Positions 32,578 through 43,872 of a stretch of DNA of 64,000 bases are shown one piece after another. The translations under genes and the position numbers were made by a program. The stretch is from an uncultured Methanosarcinaceae archaeon (GTDB taxonomy: Archaea; Halobacteriota; Methanosarcinia; Methanosarcinales; Methanosarcinaceae), in the NCBI GenBank assembly GCA_963727895.1, contig CAVSHT010000005.1, positions 224,001-288,000 on the forward strand, in the 5' to 3' direction. The notes below the pieces were generated by a model. The model did not search any database. It saw only the letters and a list, made by a program, of their open reading frames with translations, and was not told where the DNA came from. Within the stretch, counting starts at the first letter, position 1; every line of letters starts with the position of its first letter.

Positions 32578-32766
32578 GTTTTTCATTGAAATATTTTCGG
32601 AAGCTTCTTATCTCTCAGGCTCACTAATGGAAATATGGTTATGGATAGCATAAAAAAATTGATGCATGTAGTAAAGTGCTAATATCACAACAGATAATAT
32701 ATTTAATACTAAATTCAAACCAACAAAATTAAAAAATATAAAATGAATTGTGAGGAGAGCTAAAAG

Positions 32767-32955
32767 ATGTGTGAACTCAATGTGTTCCTGCTTCGTGGAA
32801 ATGAACGTGAAAGAATTATGGATTCTGTAGTAAGGATTCTAGTTGACGGTGATTCAATTCAGCTTACCGGGATTCTTGGAGATCAAATGACTGTTGAAGG
32901 CTCAATAAGGGAAGTTAATTTTTCAAGTGGAGAAGCCCTTATCCTTGCAAATTAA
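32767..32955 (+). CDS. CooT family nickel-binding protein
   Basis: MCE start, IMDSV, GILGD; SD GAGGAG. Confidence 0.78.
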   Translation: MCELNVFLLRGNERERIMDSVVRILVDGDSIQLTGILGDQMTVEGSIREVNFSSGEALILAN

Positions 32956-33495
32956 AAACTTTTTCTTTTTGCCTGTTCTTTTATATATGAGGTTTCTTCT
33001 ATCTTTCCTTATCTTTTCTAAGATTTTCTAGCTTTTTATCTCCTTTGTTCTATTGTTTTTCTCAATTAACTTTCTTTGAGATTAAAACTGTTTTTAATAC
33101 TCATTTTTGGTAAATAACAAGTAGAAAAAGGATTTGTAAGCTCTGAATTTCGTAATTTCTCTTTTATTCTCTGTAATTAATAAGATCTCCCCGGGAAAAG
33201 CATTTATCTGACCTTATCTATACTCAATATGATCTAAGATACAATTTCAAACTTATGTTAAAATATTCAAATTATATACATTGATACGATGTATTTGGTC
33301 ACATATCGGAATGTTGTAACAAACCTGCAAAATCTATTAAAAATATATTGTATTTGAATATACTTTAAGCTTATACCTATACTCTGATTGTAATCCTGCT
33401 TTCTGGAATTATAATATCCGGAAATATTTTAAATTTTCAGTGATTTAGGCTATATATCAAGTTGGGTAAAATTTCATTAAAAAGGTAGGATATAA

Positions 33496-34516
33496 ATGGT
33501 TAAAGCAAAAATCGCAGTAAATGGTTATGGAACCATAGGAAAAAGAGTTGCAGATGCTGTACAAGCTCAGGATGATATGGAAGTAATCGGAATTTCCAAA
33601 ACAAAGCCGAACTATGAAGCTGCAGTGGCTCACCAGATAGGATACGATATCTATGCTCCTGCTGCAAATCTAGGAGTTTTTGAGAAAGCAGGAATACCTG
33701 CAGCCGGAACAATTGAAGAAATGGTCGAAAAGGCTGATCTTGTTGTGGACTGTACACCAGGAGGAATTGGAGAAGGAAATAAGCCACTTTATGAAAAGGC
33801 TGGAGTAAAGGCAATCTGGCAGGGCGGCGAAGATCATTCACTTGCAGGTTTTTCATTTAATGCAATTTGTAACTACGAGCAGGCTGTGGGTCGTGACCTG
33901 GTAAGGGTTGTCTCATGTAACACTACAGCACTTTGCAGGGCTATTTACCCGATAGACAAGGAATTGGGGGTAAACAAGGTCAGGGTAGTTCTTGCAAGGA
34001 GGGCAACAGATCCCAATGATATAAAGAAAGGGCCAATTAATGCAATCGTACCCGATCCTATCAAGCTTCCGTCCCACCACGGACCTGATGTAAAAAGTGT
34101 GCTTCCGCAGATTACTAATATTACAAGTGCAGCCCTGAAAATTCCGACAACTCTAATGCACGTACATACAGTGAATATAGAAGTCAACAAAGATTGCACT
34201 GCAGAAGATATTAAAAACATCTTTGGTTCACAGCCAAGAATCCGTTTCGTAGGACAGGGAATTACTTCAACAGCCGAAATAATTGAATTCGCGCAGAGAT
34301 ATGAAGCGTCCCAGAAATGATATGTGGGAGAACTGTATATGGCCTGACTCCATAACTGTACAGGACAAGGAGTTTTATTTCTTCCAGGCTGTTCACCAAG
34401 AGTCTATTGTAGTTCCAGAAAACGTGGACGCTATACGGGCTATGATGGAATTGGAAAGCGACGGCGCAAAATCAATTGAGAAAACAAATAAAGCTATTGG
34501 CCTATATAATAAGTAA
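33496..34516 (+). pseudogene. gap: Archaeal type II GAPDH with +1 frameshift near 34291-34294
   Basis: NGYGTIGKRVADA, VVSCNTT, PSHHGPDV; C-terminal [24 protein letters not shown] in another frame. Confidence 0.9.
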
Positions 34517-35074
34517 GGCTATAGGACTGTAAATATACAAAGTTTGATCTTTTGAGAGGGCTCCGGGTTGAAAAATATTGATCAACATCTGGAGTCCTGG
34601 TTCAAATAAAAAATGAGATAGTATAAAGAGATATAGTGAGAAGACTTTAAAAAATATATTAAGTAACTATCAAGATTTGCAGATCTTGACAGACACCATT
34701 TAATGAATTAATGACAAGAAGCATTACCTTTGTCACATGACATAAATAAACTGGGCATACTGAATAATAGTATAAGTAAATTTCCTTTTTAAAAAATATA
34801 TAATCAGTTGTATTATGTAAAGTGGATCCTTTTGTCAGATACCACCTTAGACTCTCCCCACTCAACAAAGACGGTTACAATTTTAACTTTCACCAATAGT
34901 TATAGATATCATATTAAGCATTTACTATTACTAAAAGAACAAGTCGTAACTTCGATTCGATTTATACTGGCATAGGATACTATGAATTGAATTTACTTAT
35001 TAATATTGATGACTAACTCTAAGTATCTAATATCTTCTTAAATTATTTGCTGATCAATAAGTTGAAATCAAATT

Positions 35075-35436
35075 TTAGCAGGTAACGTGGAACATTGCAA
35101 TTACTTTTCCTTTGCTTCTGTTCCAGAGTTTTATTGCTTTTTGAGTGGGAAGAAGTTTTGCTTTGCAGTCTTTCTCGTCAAAAAACTTTCGGGCTTTTTT
35201 GAAAGTTCAACATACCCAGTCTGGCCAGTGCCGATAATTATTTTCTCTGCTCCCTTTTCATAGATATATTTTGCCTCTGCAAGCGAAATTTTATGGGATG
35301 TCCCATAGACTTTTTTAGAAAGCTTTTTCCTGCGTTTTTCAATCTGCCCACTCATACGTATAAGAATATCATGCTCAAACGGCTTATTTTTGACTATGAT
35401 TGAGCCAAAACTGGTTGAGTTTATTTTTGGTTTCAT
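35075..35436 (-). pseudogene. Mth938-like (DUF498) protein, frameshifted
   Basis: FGSI..FEHDI..KKLSKKVYGTSH..IIIGTGQTG; tail IAMFHVTC* in another frame. Confidence 0.75.
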
Positions 35437-35439
35437 GGT

Positions 35440-35850
35440 TTTCTCCATCTCTCTTATAGTTACCTCTTTCACTAGTAGATACTTCCTGTTTCCACGCTTG
35501 AAAGATTTCAAGCAATTTCATAGGTATTTCGGATATGACCTTAACTTTTCCTTCATATATCTCTCCGTTTGTCCCATCCAGACTGATTATGTCTCCTCCA
35601 TGAAACTCCTTTTCCCCTATTCTGCATTTCCTATTACTAGGATAAATCTTAAGGTGCTGACAGTTGACAATACAGAGACTTTCCCATCTGGCGGGCTAAC
35701 CGGCTGTATGGGTATTTCTGGCACCTTTTGCGATCAGGGAAGCCTGCAGATATATGGATTTCCGAGATGTCGTCAGGCGAGGGAGTTTCCCGAACTAGGA
35801 TTACAGCTTTTGTATTATAAGAGGCATAGCTTTTTGCTTTCTCACTGCTG
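35440..35850 (-). pseudogene. Remnant of a PEP-utilising mobile (phosphohistidine) domain, PPDK-like
   Basis: Across frameshifts: VILVRETPSPDDI..KGARNTHTA..ARQMGK..GDIISLDGTNGEIYEGKV. Confidence 0.7.
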
Positions 35851-35853
35851 AAT

Positions 35854-36162
35854 GTGATAGCTAACCTGCAAGGAGCCGACTTACAAGAAGCTGACCTGCA
35901 AGGAGCTAATCTTCAAGGAGCTAATCTTCAAGGAGCTAACCTTATCGAAACAAAGCTTAAAGGAGCTAACCTTATCGAAACAAAGCTTAAAGGAGCTAAC
36001 CTTATCGAAACAAAGCTTAAAGAAGCTAAGCTTTAGGAAGCTTACAGTTTATCACTTGACCTGCTTTCAAAAGTGAAAACACTCTATGATATAAAATTAA
36101 ACGAAGATATCTTAATACTATTAAAAGAAAAGTATTCCGCTCTTTTTGAGGTACCTGAGTAA
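35854..36162 (+). pseudogene. Pentapeptide-repeat protein C-terminal fragment with in-frame TAG at 36034
   Basis: A(N/D)LQG repeats, a 30-bp unit x3, then LSKVKTLY...LKEKYSALFEVPE*. Confidence 0.75.
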
Positions 36163-36575
36163 AAATATTAAGGACGCAAATTTAGGTCTCTTAAGTTTAG
36201 CTCTTCAATCTTAGTGTGAACTTTAATCCAAAATAAATTAAATATAAAATAGATTAGAAAGAATAAGAAAATTCATTGGATTACATTCGCAACTCTTAAC
36301 ATTTCTGAAGTCATGGATATTTAAGATTGCAAGTATTCTTCTAGTAACCGGATATACACAATCTGGTTTCCAATAGTAGCTTTGTCATCTTTGGCTCATC
36401 CAGCAACTCAGCCATTGAAGACATTTCGGAAAAATTACTGTATTATCACTCATACAGTCCATATTGATGACACAACTGGTACCATGAGCTCTACTAAAAT
36501 ATATCCAAACGACCTTTGGAAATTTGACATTTCTTGAACATTTAATATAAAGAATAGTAAGGAAGTTAGTAAATT

Positions 36576-37595
36576 ATGACAAATAGAATAGAAGAATTAC
36601 TGGATGCTCTGAGAGTTCCTCCCAGCAAGAAGATCAACCTGATAAAAGACTATGATCCTGGTTTCACCGGTAAATGGGTAAAAAAAGAAGAAGCTGAAGA
36701 AACTCTGGCTGAAGGCATCCAGATCCTGTCTGAGATGCAAGACAAGCTCTGGGCCCAAGACCAATATGCTCTGTTAATAATTTTTCAGGCTCTAGATGCA
36801 GCAGGCAAGGACAGCACCATCAAGCATGTAATGTCAGGTGTCAACCCACAGGGAGTCGATGTCCACAGTTTCAAGGTTCCTTCAGGTGAAGAACAGGATC
36901 ACGATTATCTGTGGCGCCATTTCAAGGTCCTGCCTGCTCGTGGTCGCATTGGAATTTTTAATCGTTCTTACTATGAAGAAGTCCTTGCCGTTCGCGTGCA
37001 TCCAGAGTTCATCGCTGGTGAGAAGCTTCCCTCATACCTGAAGGACAAAAATATTTGGAACCGGCGCTTTGAGGAGATCAATAACTTCGAGAAGTATCTG
37101 TTTGACAACGGCATTATTGTAGTAAAATTCTTCCTTTATGTGTCTAAAGAGGCACAAAAAGAGCGTTTCCTAGAGCGGGCACTGGAACCAGAGAAGAACT
37201 GGAAGTTCTCTGCAGCCGATATGAAAGAGCGAGCTTTTTGGGACGATTATATAGCGGCCTATGAAGACATGTTCAATCATACGAGTACTGAGTGGGCTCC
37301 CTGGTACATCGTGCCTGCTGATCATAAGTGGTTTACCCGGCTGGCTGTGGCGGGTGTGCTCTACAACAAGATGAAAAAACTCAATCTAGCATATCCTACT
37401 GTCAGCGAGACACAGAAACAAGCTTTGATTGAGGCTAAGGAGGAGCTTGAATACGAAAATGGTGGTATGAAGGATAAAATCGTCATAAAGGCCGAAGCGA
37501 AGGCTGCCGCCGATTTAAAAAATCTAGCTGCAAACAAAGAAGTCACCAAGAAAGAAACTAAGAAAAACAAGAAGAAAAACAAGAAGAACAAGTAA
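36576..37595 (+). CDS. Polyphosphate kinase 2 family (class III-like) with Lys-rich tail
   Basis: QALDAAGKD, FKVPS, HDYLWR, FNRSYYEEVL, KNWKFS, PWYIVPADHKW. Confidence 0.93.
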   Translation: MTNRIEELLDALRVPPSKKINLIKDYDPGFTGKWVKKEEAEETLAEGIQILSEMQDKLWAQDQYALLIIFQALDAAGKDSTIKHVMSGVNPQGVDVHSFKVPSGEEQDHDYLWRHFKVLPARGRIGIFNRSYYEEVLAVRVHPEFIAGEKLPSYLKDKNIWNRRFEEINNFEKYLFDNGIIVVKFFLYVSKEAQKERFLERALEPEKNWKFSAADMKERAFWDDYIAAYEDMFNHTSTEWAPWYIVPADHKWFTRLAVAGVLYNKMKKLNLAYPTVSETQKQALIEAKEELEYENGGMKDKIVIKAEAKAAADLKNLAANKEVTKKETKKNKKKNKKNK

Positions 37596-37700
37596 TTCCT
37601 TTCCGGAAATTAGAGCTACTCATGACCAGAAGAAATCAAAACTCCACACTTTTCTAACCAAAGAAGAATAACGTTCTTCCTGTTCTATAAAATTAAATCA

Positions 37701-37725
37701 CTGGATCCGGCTTAGACGGATCCAG
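37701..37725. terminator. GC-rich hairpin between convergent ppk2 and GT4 genes
   Basis: CTGGATCCG-N7-CGGATCCAG. Confidence 0.45.
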
Positions 37726-37871
37726 ATGTCAAATCTGAATTTTTCTTTGATTTTTAGGAATAGAATGATCCCTTTAAGAGCATTTAATCAATGTTACAAA
37801 ATTGTGTAGGGAATTATAATCATAAAAGTTTTCCCATAAGTAATATGCTAAAAAGGAATTAACTCTCTATT

Positions 37872-39035
37872 TTATTTTATATCAGTTACTTTTTCATACA
37901 CCTTGAGAGTTTTTTCAGCTATTGTTTTCCAGTTATACTGCTTTTTAAGAAGGTAGTTACCTTTTTCCCCCATTCGATTATGCCTAAGTCCTTCAAGGAC
38001 ATAATTGAGGCCCCAAGCAATAGAAGATGGCTCTTTATGAGCAATAACCCCTGTCCTGAAATTTTCCACAAGTGCGACTGCATCGCTTGCAACTACAGGT
38101 TTTTTTGCGTCCCAGGCTTCAAGCACCACAATTCCAAAGGGTTCGTTCCGGCTGGGCACACATACAAGATCACAGGCGTTAAACCAGTTTATTACAGTAT
38201 TATCTGAAGCATATCCAAGGAAATTACAGGAATTTCCAATGCCAAGTTTTTTTGCCCGATATTTGCAATAGGAACGCATTTTTCCTTTTCCGATAAGTAC
38301 AAACTGGGCATCTCTTTTTTTCAGGACTTTTGCAGCTGCTTCCACAAGCAAGTCAGGTCCTTTCTGATATTCCATCCTTCCCGTGAACAGAACTACTGGA
38401 AGACGTGGATGGATTCCATAGTGCCTTTTCACATCTTCAGGGTTGATTTTTCTTTTTATTTTTCCAACATTCATGCCATTAGGAATTTCCCAGAGCTTGT
38501 AATCGGGAATTTTATAGATGCGCTTGACTTCTTTCTTCAATAAGGTAGAAGTAATGATAACAGCCGAAGATTCATAGCCTCCGAGCCACTCTCTATGTGA
38601 AATTTCCTTTGCTTCCCACCAATTTCCATGCTGATTTCCATTACGTCCCCATTCAGTACTATGGAAAGTTAGTACAAAAGGCAATCCAAACTGGGCTTTT
38701 ATTCTGCAAAGAACATTTACAGGGTGCCAGTCATGGCCATGTAGAACGTCAAATTCGCCTGCGCTTTTTCTCACTTCAAGGAACCGGCAATACATCGCAT
38801 CACACATCCGGTTCATCTGTTCTATTATTCCCTCATTTTGATCGCAGGCAATCTTGTGATAATGGACTCCGTTTATTATTTCATTTTTATCTTCGCGGTC
38901 TCGTGTAAAAAGGTGGACTTCATGTCCCTCTGCTGCAAGAGCATCAGAGAGTTCAGATACATGGGGTGAAATTCCTCCTACACGTATCGAATACAAACTT
39001 TCCCAGGTAAACATTCCTATTCTGATCTTTTTCAT
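37872..39035 (-). CDS. Glycosyltransferase family 4
   Basis: GGISPHV, HGHDW, HSTE, QKGPD, PSRNEPFGIVVLEAW. Confidence 0.92.
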   Translation of the reverse strand: MKKIRIGMFTWESLYSIRVGGISPHVSELSDALAAEGHEVHLFTRDREDKNEIINGVHYHKIACDQNEGIIEQMNRMCDAMYCRFLEVRKSAGEFDVLHGHDWHPVNVLCRIKAQFGLPFVLTFHSTEWGRNGNQHGNWWEAKEISHREWLGGYESSAVIITSTLLKKEVKRIYKIPDYKLWEIPNGMNVGKIKRKINPEDVKRHYGIHPRLPVVLFTGRMEYQKGPDLLVEAAAKVLKKRDAQFVLIGKGKMRSYCKYRAKKLGIGNSCNFLGYASDNTVINWFNACDLVCVPSRNEPFGIVVLEAWDAKKPVVASDAVALVENFRTGVIAHKEPSSIAWGLNYVLEGLRHNRMGEKGNYLLKKQYNWKTIAEKTLKVYEKVTDIK

Positions 39036-39179
39036 AGTCCCTCCCCTTTTGTCAGAATGAGACATGAGGAACTAAGTTACGAATTACAGTCCCCCTTGCC
39101 TGCATATATTGTTATTTTTTAGAAACTTGTAATATATTCAGAGGTACCAAATTTAACACTACTTTTAGTATTTTATGAC

Positions 39180-40140
39180 TAAATTTAACTTTTGTTGATT
39201 GCATTTAAGCATTCACGTGCTTCTTTGATTAGATAATTTTTATGACTACCTATGATGAATGCGTGCTGAACGAAGCAATCCTATACTCACAAAAAAAGGC
39301 AAAACTTTAGTAATATTGGTGAAATCCTTTTCGTCTTTGCTATATTCACTAGAGAAAGCTTTCTATGTATGGTTCGGCTCTCCAGTCTCCTCCTTTATGC
39401 CGTTCGAATTCGTTCTTAAGTTCTGCAGTAAGGATTCCCAAGATCTCTTACAGGATGGGCCTGCGAACCAGGAGCTTTCAAAATCAATTGCATAAGGGCT
39501 TACCTTTACAGAATATATAATTCGAAGGAGTAGCATCCCTGTGAACCATGCAGCCACATTCTCTGTCAAGCCACGAACTGTACCACCATTTTCCAAGCAG
39601 TTTATTAAAAGTCTTCCTGGTATCACGATCCAAGTTTTAGATGATCCAGGACTTCATGGTAGTTTCTGAATTCATTTTCCTTATTGTAGGAGGATTTTGT
39701 ATTATCGTGAAGCTGTCGAAGCATATGTGCAATGGCAGCAAGCCGTTCATTAAGCTTTTCTTCATGCTTTATGTACCAGCCCAAAGGTTTCCCAGGTATA
39801 TATTCAGTTACAAGGACGCAGTGGAATTTTTTATTGACTGCAAGAGGTTTTGCAACATTTATTATGGAAGCTACTCTTCTCTAGGTTCCTATATTCTTTC
39901 ATCATGCCTTTATAAGGATTATAATTTCTCAGTTGCCCAGTTGGTTCTGCAAAGAACTTTGCCACTACGCTGTAGTGTTCGCCCTTGAAATGATACTTGC
40001 AGACAGTATGGGATGAATTGGATTTCAAAAACATCAACCAAACAATGTTTATTCTTAAGCCTATCCTTACAACTTTCTCAACAAGCCAGTCCCTGAAGGG
40101 ATCTCCAGGACTTAAAGTATTTACATAGTGATATGCCACC
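39180..40140 (-). pseudogene. Aminoglycoside phosphotransferase/kinase-like protein, multiple frameshifts
   Basis: Fragments SHTVCKY..SVVAKFF, VHGDA-like, YAIDFES, AEPYI; ends approximate. Confidence 0.6.
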
Positions 40141-40654
40141 TTAGACTCTCCCCCACTCAATAAAAATGACCACTGTTTCAATTTTGGACAATAGTTGTCT
40201 GTTTAATTTTAAAAATTTTGCGATTTATAATAAGAAAACAATAATTTTTGATATTATGTACTGGTATTGGATGTATGAGGTTGAATTTATTTATTGATAC
40301 TGGTGACTAATTATAAGTGTCTATTATCCTTTCAAATGTAGATAAATATTGATTGGAGACTGAGAGCTTATCTGAAAAGTGAGTATTGATTTTGGCATTA
40401 ACCATATCTAGATTAAATATGCAACCTTTTTAATATAAGTTACTTTATAGTATTATATGCCATACTATTTCCAATAGTTCTATATAGCGAAACATATATT
40501 TTTATATTGATTTCAGAGTTTAAACCCTAACAATGTTATATTTTTTGATTATAAAAGTCAACTGTGGGATGATAGTACTTCAAATTCAATTATAAAATTG
40601 GCTGAAATTTATAAAATATAAAAATTGTAGTCGAATATGGCATTAAGAGGGATA

Positions 40655-40794
40655 AAATGACAGAAGAAATTAAGATAGCAGAGGAAATCAGTGTACTCAA
40701 ATCAAATTCTTCAAGTTTTTCAATATTTGATTTGAGTACACTGATTTCCTCTGCTATCTTAATTTCTTCTGTCATTTATTGAAAAACTTGAAGA
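40655..40794. repeat. 70-bp inverted duplication (40708-40777) forming a 53-bp-arm palindrome
   Basis: 40708-40777 is the exact reverse complement of 40655-40707 joined to 40778-40794. Confidence 0.92.
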
Positions 40795-41063
40795 GATTGT
40801 AGATAAGGTAAATACTACAAAAGGAAATAAAAAAAGTCTTATAAAGAAAGCAAAGGAAAACAAACTTTTACCAAAGAAAGAACTAAAAAAGTTATCTACT
40901 GAAATTGGAAATTTTAACAAAATTGCAATAGATAAAGCTTTGATAAAAAAGCTAAATATAAGTTGATAAGGTTAGAACTCGAAATGGCACTCAATGAATA
41001 TACCGCGTTACAAAATGAATATGCGAAAACTTATTCTGAAATTGAGAGTCAAATTATCAATTA
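40657..41063 (+). pseudogene. Lys-rich coiled-coil hypothetical gene disrupted by the inverted insert
   Basis: Removing the insert gives MTEEIKIAEEISVLKSNIEKLEEIVDKVNTTK...; SD-like GAGGG. Confidence 0.5.
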
Positions 41064-41234
41064 AACTTGAGATAAAAACACAAGTAAAATCAAAAAATAT
41101 ATGTCATTGCTAGTAAATGTATGAATAATGCTGAGATGTACTGTGTAGTGACGGGATTTTACCTCTAAACAAACGTCATAGAATGCTGAAATATATCACA
41201 GACCCCTTAGACTACCAGTATCCGGGGGGAAGGC

Positions 41235-43820
41235 ATGGAAACTGAATTAAAGTTCTTGGTACTGGATGAAGTAGACACTAAAGATTTTGAAAAACTATCT
41301 CAACTGGGAAGTTATTCCCTTTCCGAATCTTCAGTACAGCTTATTGAAGACACTTTTTTGGACACAAAAAAACTTGCTTTAATGGCTGAGGGTTATTTTC
41401 TACGGCTTCGGAAAGAGATGGAAAAAGAAGGACAATTCTTGACTCTCAAAAGCCTGGGGGGATTCGAAGATGGGGTACACAAGAGAGAAGAATATATCAG
41501 TTTCCTACCAGAAGGGGCTTCGGTATTTGAATATCCTGATGCCAGAATCAAGAATATGATTTTAGAACTTAGCTCGGGATTTAATCTACTTCCACTTCTG
41601 AAGCTCAAACAAAAAAGGATTTTACGCCAGGTGAAACTTGGGGAGAAAGATATAGCTGAATTTTCTCTAGACAACGTGAACCTTAAAAGTGGAAAGAAAG
41701 AAAAACTCTATAACGAAATTGAAATTGAATTAAAGACTGACGGAACCCATCCAGATTTGCAGGTTATTTCGGAATACCTGCTAGAAAATTACCAGCTTGT
41801 AAAAGATCCTTTTTCTAAATTTGAGAGAGCTCTTCTCTTCAAAGATAATCTGCCGGAAAAAACTCTTTTGAGCTTCAGGGAAAGAGCTTTTTGTTTGCAG
41901 CTTGCAGACCAGGAAGATATATATGGAAAACAGGCCAAAATTCTCCTTTCACTTGAAAATGGCTTAAATACGGCAGAAGTGAGCCTTTTCCTAAAAGTTC
42001 CTGAGCAAGAAATCGAGACTTTGTACTCTCTATTTGAAAAAGAAAGACTTTCCGTTTTTCCCTTTATATCTAAAAATTACGGGCTAAAAGAATTTCATTT
42101 CTATGCTGGACGCTACGCTCTGGGCAAAAAACCGGAAAATATTAACTTCAAAGAATGGACCCTTGAGACCCTTTTTGATCTCTATGGAGCAGATGAAAAG
42201 AAGGCAGAAAAAACTCGGAATAATGCACTTATACTTTTTGACGGACTTTTTTCTTATCACAGGTTAGGGCAGAAAGAGAGAAAAATACTAGGCTTTGCAG
42301 CTCTTCTCCAAGAGATCGGAAGCTTAGTTTTCCCAGAAGATAAATCCAGGATTGGTAAGGAAATTCTCCTGACCCATCCTCTAAAAGAATTAGAACTCTA
42401 CGAACTCAAGATGCTTGCTTTCATCATGGAGCTTCAGTCTCCCAAAATCGAAATAAAGAACCTTTCTTCATTTTTTGAAGAATCAAATATCATGTTACCT
42501 CCAGAAATCAAAAACAAAGCTCTTATTCTCGCTTCTTTTCTCCAGATCGCAGAAACTCTTGAAAACGGCAGCTGTAGACTCCTGCCAGATAGGATCAGGC
42601 AGGTAGAAGGAGCAGTTGAAGTAGAGATTTTTGGGCAGGATGCGGAAAAAGCAGTAAAAAGGGCAGAAAAGAGAGACGAGCTATGGGAGTATCTTTTTGG
42701 TACCAAACTCTCCTTCATATCTAAGAAAAAGATAGATGAAGCCGAAATAATTGAAAAGAGAATAGAGGAAATTAATGGAGAAAATGAAAAAAAGAACGAA
42801 AACAAAAAAGAGAATGAAAACCTGAAATTTGTAGTTAGACCTGAAGATTCAATGGCTATAGTAGCTCAGAGGGTTTTTTCCCGACAATTTGCTAGAATGC
42901 TTGCTCATGAGAAAGGAACTCGAAAGGGAAAAAGTATAGAAGACCTGCATGATATGAGGGTTGCAATTCGCAGGATGAGAGCTGCTGCAAAGGTTTTTGA
43001 AGAATACTTGGATTCTAAAAAGCTTAAACCTTACTTGGAAGGACTAAAAACTACTCTTTCGGCACTCAGTGATGTAAGAGACCTAGATGTCTTTCGGGAG
43101 AAAGCTGAAGAATATCTTAAAAAATTACCTACTGAAAATGAACATGATCTTGATCCCCTGTTTACAGTGCTTGCTGAAGAGAGGAAAAAAGCCCGTAAAA
43201 ACATGACCACTTATCTGAAAAGTGAAAGATACGCCAATTTCAAAAAGGACTTCTCAGACGTTCTTGCTGTTTCTGAATCTTGGGCTCTGCCCACAACAAC
43301 TACAAAACACGATGCTCTGCCACATAGAGTAAGAAATGTGCTTCCTTCTATCCTCTATGCCCGTTTCGCAGACATCGGTGCCTATTCCGAATGGGTAGAA
43401 GGGCCACATGTCTCTATAGAGAGGTTGCATAGGTTGAGAATTGCATCCAAAGGACTACGCTATACATTTGAGTTCTTTGGAGAAGTGTTAGGAAAGGAAG
43501 TAGATATAATGATCAAAGAAGTCACAGCTTTGCAGGATCATCTTGGAGACTTGCACGACGCTGTGGTTGCAGTAGACTTAATGGAGTCATATCTGCAAAC
43601 TGGAGACTGGAACCTTTCAGAAGGAAAAAAATATTCTGAAGAAAAGGAAGTTTCTGAAGGTCTTAAGGGAGTAGAAGCCTACAAGACATACAGGGAAGAA
43701 GAACTCCAGACATTACTCGATACTTTTCCGGAAGCCTGGGCAAAAGTTCAGAGTAATGAATTTAGAAAGAGAATTGAAAACGCAATAACAAATTTGTATC
43801 AAGAAACAACATCTTTATGA
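41235..43820 (+). CDS. CYTH + degenerate Ppx/HD-like + CHAD domain protein
   Basis: N-terminal ETELK and EIEIELK; AALLQEIG; CHAD LHDMRVAIRRMRA, LHRLRIASKGLRY, LQDHLGDLHD. Confidence 0.88.
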   Translation: METELKFLVLDEVDTKDFEKLSQLGSYSLSESSVQLIEDTFLDTKKLALMAEGYFLRLRKEMEKEGQFLTLKSLGGFEDGVHKREEYISFLPEGASVFEYPDARIKNMILELSSGFNLLPLLKLKQKRILRQVKLGEKDIAEFSLDNVNLKSGKKEKLYNEIEIELKTDGTHPDLQVISEYLLENYQLVKDPFSKFERALLFKDNLPEKTLLSFRERAFCLQLADQEDIYGKQAKILLSLENGLNTAEVSLFLKVPEQEIETLYSLFEKERLSVFPFISKNYGLKEFHFYAGRYALGKKPENINFKEWTLETLFDLYGADEKKAEKTRNNALILFDGLFSYHRLGQKERKILGFAALLQEIGSLVFPEDKSRIGKEILLTHPLKELELYELKMLAFIMELQSPKIEIKNLSSFFEESNIMLPPEIKNKALILASFLQIAETLENGSCRLLPDRIRQVEGAVEVEIFGQDAEKAVKRAEKRDELWEYLFGTKLSFISKKKIDEAEIIEKRIEEINGENEKKNENKKENENLKFVVRPEDSMAIVAQRVFSRQFARMLAHEKGTRKGKSIEDLHDMRVAIRRMRAAAKVFEEYLDSKKLKPYLEGLKTTLSALSDVRDLDVFREKAEEYLKKLPTENEHDLDPLFTVLAEERKKARKNMTTYLKSERYANFKKDFSDVLAVSESWALPTTTTKHDALPHRVRNVLPSILYARFADIGAYSEWVEGPHVSIERLHRLRIASKGLRYTFEFFGEVLGKEVDIMIKEVTALQDHLGDLHDAVVAVDLMESYLQTGDWNLSEGKKYSEEKEVSEGLKGVEAYKTYREEELQTLLDTFPEAWAKVQSNEFRKRIENAITNLYQETTSL

Positions 43821-43872
43821 AGGAATGTATAAGTTATTTAGCCTGAAAATCCACTTGTTCTATCCTTTTAAT

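Noticed and set aside
35390..35851. 153-aa plus-strand ORF
   Set aside because: Antisense to recognisable PPDK-domain and Mth938 remnants
36190..36540. Coding-like remnant between the pentapeptide fragment and ppk2 (also 45270-45440)
   Set aside because: No family could be recognised in any frame
40590..40775. 61-aa ORF as an independent gene
   Set aside because: Produced by the inverted duplication
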